From positions 1 to 64,000 of IMG/VR virus record IMGVR_UViG_3300021256_002372: DNA of 64,000 nt, one strand, 5' to 3'. Within the stretch, counting starts at the first letter, position 1, and each line of letters opens with the position of its first letter. Made by a program: the position numbers and the translations under genes. The stretch comes from a virus (lineage: Duplodnaviria; Caudoviricetes). Below are positions 48,609 to 57,094 of this stretch, one piece after another. The notes beneath the pieces are model-generated. The model was not told the DNA's origin. It made no database searches and saw only the letters and a program-made list of their open reading frames with translations.

Positions 48609-49085
48609 TCAACTGTTAAACCATTTTTGCCAATTATCATCTTGAATTGCATGAGATGTTTTCTTTTTAGTATCAGCAGTTTGAGCTTTTTTAGCATCGA
48701 TTGTTTGAACCGTTTTAGGTCGTTCAGTTTCTATCACTGCGAACGCATAATTGTTCGGATCAAAATCAAATATATTTGCGGAATATCCGTTTCTTGTCAT
48801 CTCAAAGATTGTAGCGCCACTATCAATAGCCTTATTGAATGCATACAGAATCGTTGCTTCAATAAGCTTCCTTCCAATCTCATTGATTGGGTGAGCTATA
48901 TCCATAAAGCCACCTTGTTTTTTGGGCTTACTCGGCATTGCTATAAAGAATCGTTCATTTGCATATAAGACCTTAATATCATTAACAGCAAATACGCCAT
49001 CAATAACTATACTTGCTACTGCCTTCATTTTGCTATTGCTATTGGACTCAGGAAACACATATATCTTCACCGAAGTAATAACCAT
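48609..49085 (-). CDS. spoVG: SpoVG-family nucleic-acid-binding protein with C-terminal extension
   Basis: ITSVKI..MKAVASIVID..FAV.DIKV..FIAMPS...F.DIAHPIN. Confidence 0.85.
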   Translation of the reverse strand: MVITSVKIYVFPESNSNSKMKAVASIVIDGVFAVNDIKVLYANERFFIAMPSKPKKQGGFMDIAHPINEIGRKLIEATILYAFNKAIDSGATIFEMTRNGYSANIFDFDPNNYAFAVIETERPKTVQTIDAKKAQTADTKKKTSHAIQDDNWQKWFNS

Positions 49086-49160
49086 AATCATTCTCCTTGT
49101 AAAAATAAAAAGCAAATCGTTTCGACATATAGCCCTGTGTTTTTCTTGATATTCATATTA

Positions 49161-49189
49161 ATTATAGCACATTTCGACAATAAAGTCAA
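49161..49189 (-). promoter_or_regulatory. SigA promoter of the spoVG-giant gene operon
   Basis: TTGACT-17-TATAAT with extended TG. Confidence 0.75.
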
Positions 49190-49378
49190 GATTTCCAAAG
49201 CGAAAATATAACGGTTCTAAACAAAAAAATTCTGCTCATTATTATGTTTTGCGTATACTGAGAATCAAGTATTACATTCAGTTGATATCACATATGGAAT
49301 ATTAATAATAAAGAGGCTGCAAGTCACCCTGCAACCTCTGTATTATTATTCTCTGTCAGTAGTTATTTCTTTCGCTAC

Positions 49379-49660
49379 CTAGGGTTCGTTCGTAGCGGCG
49401 GCACACTTGTCATCAGTGCAACAATTACTCACCCCTAGATGCTTCTCAATGATCCTCATTATCTCCTCAGCTCGTTTTTCACCGATGCCCTTAACGCCCT
49501 TGATATCTTTCTCCACTTCTCTGAGATCAACGGTAGGCGCATCCTTTCGCAGCTCGTCAGCATATCGCACAAGAAACGCCTGCAGTTCCTCACGAGACAT
49601 CTTCTTAATGGAGCGATAGGTATCGCGGTCGATCATATTTTGGCTCATTGTGGTTATCAT
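49379..49660 (-). CDS. Small protein with helix-hairpin-helix motif
   Basis: VKGIGEKRAEEI. Confidence 0.6.
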   Translation of the reverse strand: MITTMSQNMIDRDTYRSIKKMSREELQAFLVRYADELRKDAPTVDLREVEKDIKGVKGIGEKRAEEIMRIIEKHLGVSNCCTDDKCAAATNEP

Positions 49661-49697
49661 ACTTCTTACTGTGTTTAATCCGATAGAGAGCATCTGT

Positions 49698-49928
49698 TCA
49701 AGATAAAGTCATCTGCTTAATAGCTCTTTCCACGCTTTCAATTAGCATCGGTCTCCGCATCTCACCGACCATTTTATCAAACTCGTCACCAGTCGGCTCA
49801 CCGTACATGAGGTTATCGCCATCGGTGGTACGAAGCCAGACTAATGCTTTCTTTAGTGAGGATAGTGATGTAGTATCAAAGCCTTTAGATTGCAGGAAGG
49901 TTAAGTTTGCATCGTGTTGTGTGGGCAT
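49698..49928 (-). CDS. Hypothetical protein (76 aa)
   Basis: RBS aaagg; operonic. Confidence 0.55.
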   Translation of the reverse strand: MPTQHDANLTFLQSKGFDTTSLSSLKKALVWLRTTDGDNLMYGEPTGDEFDKMVGEMRRPMLIESVERAIKQMTLS

Positions 49929-49947
49929 CGTGTGTTTTCCTTTCAGC

Positions 49948-50889
49948 TCAATCGCCAGTGTACTTCTTTAAGAACGGCGTGAATGCCTCTCTGAGCGCAA
50001 CTACCAAGTCAATGGCTCTACTCATCAAATCTCTGTAATTGCTTTGATCGTTGAAGTTCAACTTTGGAATGCAGGTGCAAATTGTGCAGGCTTTTTTGTT
50101 TTCCAGTTTGTCCCAATCCAAAGACATACCTGCTGCAGTTTCAATTTCTGTTTTATGCTCAAAGAAATAGTCGAACATTTCCTTACTGTCATCAATCCAC
50201 AGTCCAACCCTAATCTTGTGGTCTTTATGCACTAAATCAATGGAGATATGGCACTTTGATGATCCAACAGCAACTGTGTACCAGTGATCGGTGGAGGGCT
50301 TATGCTTATTGAAAGGTTTTCCACGCTCATCAATAAGATCGTTCAGTCGCGTCCAAAAATCAAGACGATACTTCTGTGTTTCATTCAACTCGCCCTTTTC
50401 AGCGAGTGCTTTTGCGTTCTTGACAAAGTCATTCGGCTGTTCTATGATTTTGAACATCGGTGCCGGATCAGAATCACCGATTCTATAAGCATGGATTTCA
50501 ATCAAAAAGAAGGAGATATTGTCATCAGTATGGTTATTCAGCCATTCAATGGCACTTGCGTGCTCATCCCTCGCAGTCTCCACAATCCAAACAACAACGC
50601 TGGCATCCAGACCGGAAGCATAAGTGATGATCTTTCCGAGATGGTCGTGGTTCGTCTGTTCAAGCTGATTTTCAATCAGAACAGATTTGCCAGTAAGTTC
50701 ATCCTTGCAAATGATATCGCAGCGATAGCTGCCCACGAACTGTTCTGTGTTCACATCGGTCAGCGAAAGGTTGAGAACCTCTCCGAGTAACTTGATGTTT
50801 TCTTCTTCAGCAAGCCACTTTGAGAAGTCATATTGTTCATGCGCCCATACATCGCGGATATCAACTTCGTGTAATTTTCCGAGTTTCAT
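49948..50889 (-). CDS. DUF4268-domain protein with N-terminal NucS-like PD-(D/E)XK fold
   Basis: W.HE..DFS.WL, RCDI, IENQL..T.HDHLG, FW...HWY. Confidence 0.8.
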   Translation of the reverse strand: MKLGKLHEVDIRDVWAHEQYDFSKWLAEEENIKLLGEVLNLSLTDVNTEQFVGSYRCDIICKDELTGKSVLIENQLEQTNHDHLGKIITYASGLDASVVVWIVETARDEHASAIEWLNNHTDDNISFFLIEIHAYRIGDSDPAPMFKIIEQPNDFVKNAKALAEKGELNETQKYRLDFWTRLNDLIDERGKPFNKHKPSTDHWYTVAVGSSKCHISIDLVHKDHKIRVGLWIDDSKEMFDYFFEHKTEIETAAGMSLDWDKLENKKACTICTCIPKLNFNDQSNYRDLMSRAIDLVVALREAFTPFLKKYTGD

Positions 50890-50921
50890 CGAAATCCCTC
50901 CAGTCCCTATATACGATTCTA

Positions 50922-53570
50922 TTACATTGTTTTCAGCATTTCTGCAAAATCAGCAAGGGTATGTGCGTTTTTGATTGGTTTATCCATAAATACCATAAAA
51001 TAGCTGTATTTCGTTCCAGTTTCGGAGGCACTCGATGCCCACCGTTTACCTAATTCCAACTTCGTATCGCTATCATCATTACCAAGCTGTTCGCCCTTAA
51101 ACTCAACTACAAGAATCCGGCCAGACTTCATTTTCACTATGAAATCCGGATAATGGTTGATGAAGGCATTGATCTTAAAGCCTTTTTTTCCTATGATTCT
51201 GTGCCACCACTCGACACTGTCCGTGCTTGCGAACACATCACGCAGTTTGGCTTCATCATCGTTAAGGTCATCGCATTCTGACTCATACAGAGAAAGCGGT
51301 ATAGCGGAAGTCGCATCTGAGGGAGTAATGATGTCCGGAAACGCATATTCTTCCTGACAGCAGATTTTCCCGCTGTCAAGCCACTTATAAAACATTTTCT
51401 CTCTGTATGCATCCTGCAACTTTTCAATTTTATCCTTGATACGCAGAGCATAGGTCTGGAAAGAGGTCTCAATCACAGACAGCTCGTCCTCAGTCATATT
51501 GGCTACGACTCTGTGAACATAGGCTTCAATATCAGATGCGGCAAAGGCATTATTCTTATTGATGATATGGCAGATATTGCGTACACAGCTTGCAATTTTC
51601 TCCTCCGGAGCCATTCTTGCGAGCATTTCTCTGAGGTAGTCGCTTTGAAGCTGGGATGCACGCTTATACTTCGGAACTGCATCGCCCTGCTCTGCAACAT
51701 CGAATTCGTACATTTCTCCTGCTGACAGCGTGAAGTTCACCTCGGCATCCTGCCCACTGAGAGTAAATCCGTCAAGCAGTGCATCCTTTTCAAGTTTTAC
51801 TGTATCGCCAAAGAACAAGCTCTGTGCAGACTGGATAAAGAACTGCGGAATACGAAGAGCCTTGACCTGTTCCGTATACTGCGGTTGGATGTGATATTGT
51901 TTCATCATATTTCCTAATTCGCCCCCGATAAAACCGGAGGACTCGCTCTGTTCTGCTTCTTCCTCGTACTCTTCAGACTGCTTTTCAGCGTGAGAGATCA
52001 TAGCTTCGATCTCGGGAGAAGCAGATGTTGTGGCTGTAGGTGTGAATGTGAGTGAATGCTTATCTGCGTCGGTCGGAACAATATCCGAGAAATCATCAAT
52101 ATCGCTCTGCACAGGTTCATCTGTTGCAGGAGGTGCCAGAGGAATGGACGGCTGCTCAGCAGGAGTATCCTCGGGCTCATCAGCCGCAGGAAGTTCCTCT
52201 TCACCAATGCGGTAATCTTTGCTGCTGAAGCCTGCGCTGTTCAGTCCCTTAACAATATTGTTCAGGGTATCACGGAAATCATTAGAAGAAGTCAGAACGA
52301 AAGACATATTCAGTAGCTTAGACTCGTGCTTTCTTGCATACGGCTGACGAAGGATTCTACCGAGAATCTGCTCAACATCGACTTTGGAGGTTTTATTGGC
52401 GAGCGATGCAAGAATATATGCAAATGGACAGTCCCAACCTTCTTTCAGAGCATTGACGGTAATGATATATCGAATCGGGCAATCACGGTTCATAAGGTCG
52501 GTTTTGCCAAGATCATCAACCTTTGATGTTTTGATTGCAATCTGTTCTTCGGGAATATCATATTCCATCAGCATTTGCTTGACTTTTTCAAAGGTTTCGC
52601 TGTCGCTGTTTGTATTTGGCTGTGCCTGAAACAGAACGATAGGACGGATATATTGTCCTCCCGCTTGTTCTTCTGCAATTGCTTGCTGTTCGAGTGTGTT
52701 TCGGAGCTTGATAGCATCCATAATCACGCTCTTTCGGGATGTACGGTTATACACGATAACAGGGAGCTTGACCATGTTTTCCTTTTTCAGCTCTCTTGCA
52801 TTCACATAGGAAATGATGTTGCTGTTCTTGCGGGGTGTCGCTGTCAGGTCAAGCACAAAGGACGGATTCAGGTTTTTCAACATCTCCACGCTGAGATCGG
52901 AGCCTGCATTGTGGCTCTCGTCCACGACCACAACCGGCTGCAAATGGCGCAGAACCTGAATCAGTGCCGTATCCGGTGTATCTGCCAACAGAGCAGAATC
53001 ATCCTTGAAATACTCAGCAAAGCGCAGGAGATTTCCGTTTTCCTGATACACCTTGCGGACATCCTTCTTCTTGCTGTCAATACGGAGAGAGCCATAGCTG
53101 AGAATGCAAACTGTGAGCTGTTCCCGTACTGTATCGGGTGAGAAATTCTGTCCGGTCAGCAGCATTTCCTTTGTATAGACACCGACACGCCCTGCAAAAT
53201 CAGCATTCAGCCGCTGACGGTATGGGTGGTCGATGCTCATGAGATTCTTTGTAGTTTGGACAAGGATAGGATCAGACGGCACAAGCCACACAACCATTTT
53301 CAGTTTGCCCTGTGGAAGTTCATCAAAGATGCACTTGACAGCAGAGCAAGCCATGAAGGTCTTGCCGCCGCCGGTCGGCACTTTCATGCAGACGTGCGGA
53401 ACACCTGCTATCGCATTCTGGTATGCCGGAACGCCGCCGAGTCCGACAGCAATATCCTGCTCCCGCCAATAGTGCCGCCATGCCTTGTTGAGGTCGTTGT
53501 CATCGTTCAGGATAGAAATATAGGTAGAGAGGTCACGCATGACCGATTTCTGATAGTTTTTCAGTTCCAT
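50922..53570 (-). CDS. res: Type III RM restriction subunit
   Basis: VPTGGGKT, DESH, TATP, EGWDCP, QILGRILR, C-terminal YPDF...VEFKG nuclease. Confidence 0.9.
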   Translation of the reverse strand: MELKNYQKSVMRDLSTYISILNDDNDLNKAWRHYWREQDIAVGLGGVPAYQNAIAGVPHVCMKVPTGGGKTFMACSAVKCIFDELPQGKLKMVVWLVPSDPILVQTTKNLMSIDHPYRQRLNADFAGRVGVYTKEMLLTGQNFSPDTVREQLTVCILSYGSLRIDSKKKDVRKVYQENGNLLRFAEYFKDDSALLADTPDTALIQVLRHLQPVVVVDESHNAGSDLSVEMLKNLNPSFVLDLTATPRKNSNIISYVNARELKKENMVKLPVIVYNRTSRKSVIMDAIKLRNTLEQQAIAEEQAGGQYIRPIVLFQAQPNTNSDSETFEKVKQMLMEYDIPEEQIAIKTSKVDDLGKTDLMNRDCPIRYIITVNALKEGWDCPFAYILASLANKTSKVDVEQILGRILRQPYARKHESKLLNMSFVLTSSNDFRDTLNNIVKGLNSAGFSSKDYRIGEEELPAADEPEDTPAEQPSIPLAPPATDEPVQSDIDDFSDIVPTDADKHSLTFTPTATTSASPEIEAMISHAEKQSEEYEEEAEQSESSGFIGGELGNMMKQYHIQPQYTEQVKALRIPQFFIQSAQSLFFGDTVKLEKDALLDGFTLSGQDAEVNFTLSAGEMYEFDVAEQGDAVPKYKRASQLQSDYLREMLARMAPEEKIASCVRNICHIINKNNAFAASDIEAYVHRVVANMTEDELSVIETSFQTYALRIKDKIEKLQDAYREKMFYKWLDSGKICCQEEYAFPDIITPSDATSAIPLSLYESECDDLNDDEAKLRDVFASTDSVEWWHRIIGKKGFKINAFINHYPDFIVKMKSGRILVVEFKGEQLGNDDSDTKLELGKRWASSASETGTKYSYFMVFMDKPIKNAHTLADFAEMLKTM

Positions 53571-53581
53571 GCTGTACCTCC

Positions 53582-55156
53582 TTACAGTCTTGTGATGTCA
53601 CGCGGAATCTTTTTGAATGTGATGTGATAACGCTCCAGCTCTTCTTCGCTGAGAATGCAGCGGTCGGCATAGATCACATAGCTTTCCGCTTTGGTCTTGA
53701 CCGTTGACAGGAAAGCGTGATCGAGTGTTGTTGCGGCATTTTTGTCATAGAAGAAGTAGTATGCCGTGTCAAGATAGGAGCCAAGATAATGCGGCTCGTC
53801 CTCTTTATTGGTTACAGGCTGTTTTGTTTCTGTGAAATAGACATAGCTTCTGATTTTGTCAAGCGGTACATTTTCATTGAGGTATTCACCGTCAAGGAGC
53901 TTTTCACCAAGTTCATAGAAGGTGAAGCCGCCGCCTGTTCCTTCGACTGCCTTTTTGCCGTCACCGTAGCCGTCAATGACACGGCGCACACGTTCAGCGG
54001 TGATCGTTTCAGCATAGTCACACATCTCGATTAGAATAAACTTGCGGTTACCGCCGTCAGCTTTGTTCATGTTGAGGACAGCGTGTGCAGTTGTGCCGGA
54101 GCCTGCAAAAGAGTCGAGAATGACAGAATCCTTGTCGGTTGCAATCTGCATCACTCGTTCTATTAAACGAGTAGGCTTAGGTGTATCAAAAATGCTCTCA
54201 TTATCTGAAAGTATGGACATGATCTCTTTCTTAGCTTCATCTGTGTGTCCTACTTCATCACTAGGCCACCAAGTCCACGGAACAGCTCCTTCGACCTCGC
54301 TCAAATATCTGATAGTTTGGGGCTGAGAATCTCCATTCTTACCAAAATATATACGACCTGCTTCCAGTAGTTTTTTGAACTCAGGCTCTATGGTACTCCA
54401 ACAACGTCCCTTGGGAGGAGTTACTATTTTACCGCTAGGTGTTTCTATAGGATACATTTGATTTGGCCGAAATCCCTGTGCTGTCATCGGAACACCGCGC
54501 CAACGTCCTTTAGGATCGTTATTCGGATTTTTATAGATTTGCGCTTGTTTTTCGTCGAATCCTATTTTATGGCGTGTGTTTTTGAATACTTCGACATCAG
54601 AAGCATATACAAGTAGATATTCGTGCGCATCGCCAAAAGCGCCTCTGTTCTCACGAGAATATCTTTTTTGCCAAACTACAGTTGCTATATGATTGTTTCT
54701 TCCAAAAACTTCGTTGCAGATGATCTTTAGTTCTTCAATTTCATTTTCATCAATAGAAATAAAGATTACTCCTGTTTGTGGATCCAATAGTTTCTGTAAC
54801 AGTTTCAACCTTGGATACATCATGCACAGCCACTTATCATGCCGTGACAAATCTTCACTCTCTGAACCGACAACCTGACCAAGCCATTTTCGGATACGGG
54901 GATCATTGACATTATCGTTGTATACCCAGCCTTCGTTGCCGGTATTGTACGGCGGATCAATGTAGATGCACCGGATTTTTCCTTCGTATTCCGGCAGCAG
55001 ACTTTTCAGCGCCTCCAGATTATCTCCGTGGATAATCATGTTGCCTGTGTCATCACCATAGGTATACTGCGGATCTAACACACGGTAGGGTACGTCCATA
55101 TGATGATTGATAACCTTGTCTTTTCCGATCCAGTCAAGTGTCGGCATTATGGTCAC
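53582..55156 (-). CDS. mod: Type III RM methyltransferase (Mod)
   Basis: IHGDNLEAL, IYIDPPY, TPKP, LDSFAGSGTT. Confidence 0.93.
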   Translation of the reverse strand: MTIMPTLDWIGKDKVINHHMDVPYRVLDPQYTYGDDTGNMIIHGDNLEALKSLLPEYEGKIRCIYIDPPYNTGNEGWVYNDNVNDPRIRKWLGQVVGSESEDLSRHDKWLCMMYPRLKLLQKLLDPQTGVIFISIDENEIEELKIICNEVFGRNNHIATVVWQKRYSRENRGAFGDAHEYLLVYASDVEVFKNTRHKIGFDEKQAQIYKNPNNDPKGRWRGVPMTAQGFRPNQMYPIETPSGKIVTPPKGRCWSTIEPEFKKLLEAGRIYFGKNGDSQPQTIRYLSEVEGAVPWTWWPSDEVGHTDEAKKEIMSILSDNESIFDTPKPTRLIERVMQIATDKDSVILDSFAGSGTTAHAVLNMNKADGGNRKFILIEMCDYAETITAERVRRVIDGYGDGKKAVEGTGGGFTFYELGEKLLDGEYLNENVPLDKIRSYVYFTETKQPVTNKEDEPHYLGSYLDTAYYFFYDKNAATTLDHAFLSTVKTKAESYVIYADRCILSEEELERYHITFKKIPRDITRL

Positions 55157-55190
55157 GCTCCTTTTAAATTGTATAATAACTCAATATATT

Positions 55191-55219
55191 ATTATAGCAC
55201 AATTGCAGTCCATTTTCAA
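55191..55219 (-). promoter_or_regulatory. SigA promoter of mod-res
   Basis: TTGAAA-17-TATAAT with extended TG. Confidence 0.7.
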
Positions 55220-55296
55220 GCCTTTGTACTGCATTTCGTGCGAAAAATACTCCTGATAACTTCAACGGAGCTTATAGCCAGCATACTCTATCGTTC

Positions 55297-56463
55297 TCAC
55301 ATCAACCCATAAGACTCAGCAAACTTCGCAAGATCCTCCGGTGGAGTGTTCTTTATCATCTCTGCCATATACAGGCTGCCGAGCGTTTCTATATCATCAG
55401 GCGTAATCTTGTAACCGCACTCATTATGCACCATATCAAATACATGGTGAATAATCGACATAAACGGCATCTTCATCTTGTTCAGTTTCTTCTCCAAATC
55501 CTCCCATTGCTCTGCCTCGCCACCTTCGCGTGAGTTCATGATTGCAGATAGATAACGGTGCAGCAGAGATTTGGACAGAGGATTTCCAACCTTAACCTTC
55601 TTAGCGATAGAATGCAGCTCCTTTGAAATCTCATTCAAGTGCAGTGACGGCTGCTGATAGACGAGATCCTGAACAATTTCAGCAATAAATTCACGCCAGA
55701 TCGCATAACCGGCATTCATGCGGCCGTCATTATATTCTTCAGAGGGTGTTTCCGGTGTGCCTGCACAGTATAGGTCATAGAAGCGCTGACCAACTTTTCC
55801 TGCTGTCTCGATTTCGTGTGTGGTGCAAAAGATATGTGCCAGCTCATGAACGAGAATAATCTTGTAATAGTCTAAATCAGCCAGCTCTTGTGGCGGATCA
55901 ACACGAATCATCAGTCCGTCAACATGGGCAGGATCGTCGATATCAGTTTGACCTACGAATGCCTCAGCAAGAACAGACTCAAAGTCGCTCATGATGCGTT
56001 TTTCGGAGTGAAACCCGTATTTTTGAGTGAACTCATTATAAACTTCCACGATATTATCCAGCGTACAGAAAGCGACCTTGATATTGTCAAGGGAATAGTT
56101 TGTGTCGAGATAGTCGTTATACAGCTCACAGGCTTGCTGAAGAAAAGTCGTGAGCGTTTCCTCGATATCCGATGTTGCAGATTGTTTGCTGCTGATTTCA
56201 ATGTATTTATTCATGACTTTACCCTCTGGAAAGAATGCATAGGGGTCTAATTTAAGAACAGCGCAGATTGCAAGTGCTGTTCTGAGTGTCGCCGTTTCAA
56301 GGTTTCGTTCACCACTTTCGATACGCTGATACTGACGAAGCTGAAGTTTGGCGGCTTTTGCCACTTGCTGCTGTGATAGCCCCAGCTTTTCACGGCGGGT
56401 GCGCAGTATCTCCTGACTTGTGATTCTGTCATCATATACGAGTGGGAAACTGATAAAGTTCAT
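55297..56463 (-). CDS. XRE HTH regulator fused to an HEXXH metallopeptidase-like domain
   Basis: RREKLGLSQQQVA...YQRIESG; VHELAH. Confidence 0.8.
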   Translation of the reverse strand: MNFISFPLVYDDRITSQEILRTRREKLGLSQQQVAKAAKLQLRQYQRIESGERNLETATLRTALAICAVLKLDPYAFFPEGKVMNKYIEISSKQSATSDIEETLTTFLQQACELYNDYLDTNYSLDNIKVAFCTLDNIVEVYNEFTQKYGFHSEKRIMSDFESVLAEAFVGQTDIDDPAHVDGLMIRVDPPQELADLDYYKIILVHELAHIFCTTHEIETAGKVGQRFYDLYCAGTPETPSEEYNDGRMNAGYAIWREFIAEIVQDLVYQQPSLHLNEISKELHSIAKKVKVGNPLSKSLLHRYLSAIMNSREGGEAEQWEDLEKKLNKMKMPFMSIIHHVFDMVHNECGYKITPDDIETLGSLYMAEMIKNTPPEDLAKFAESYGLM

Positions 56464-56619
56464 GTAAGGGCCTCCTTTTAATACTATACGACCAGATGGC
56501 GAACATTAGATAACAGCTGTAAAGTAGCATACTTTGCACCAGTATAGCAAAGAAGACCGTGGTTTGTCAATAGGCAAAATAAACAAATCAGAAGGACAAT
56601 TTTGATGCAAAAAAGAAAA

Positions 56620-56672
56620 AGGCTCTGTCGGAGAATGAACACTTCAATACGGTGTGTTCTCCCACAGAGCCT
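56620..56672. terminator. Long hairpin, probable terminator
   Basis: aggctctgt..ggagaa/ttctcc..acagagcct. Confidence 0.55.
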
Positions 56673-57094
56673 GTTATTATCCATTTTTCTCCAAGCACAT
56701 CTCAGTCAAATCTTTCTAACATATCTCCTAAAGTCGTTGCTGAATTGAGTGCGTATCAATTAGTGTCTCCTCAATAACCCGTTTTTCTCAGATTCCCTCC
56801 GAAATCAGCTTGAAAACGGTATAAACCTTGGATTTGTGGCATTTTTCTATCAGTTATATCATGAATAATGCAGTAAAATGCTGCCGATTTCAAGTCGCCA
56901 TTCTAAAAAGTGCAAGCTTTTTTGCGGATTTGTTTCAAAAACCTTGCACCTGTCTCCTCTAAAACGATGTGATTTCTTCGTATCAGCGTTAGTATTGAGT
57001 TGTTGAGTAGACACCAATTAGAAATCGTTTTTAGGTCAGAGACGCACCCCTATGGTAGTACGATTTTTGCAACAAGGGTATTGTAATCTCATCA

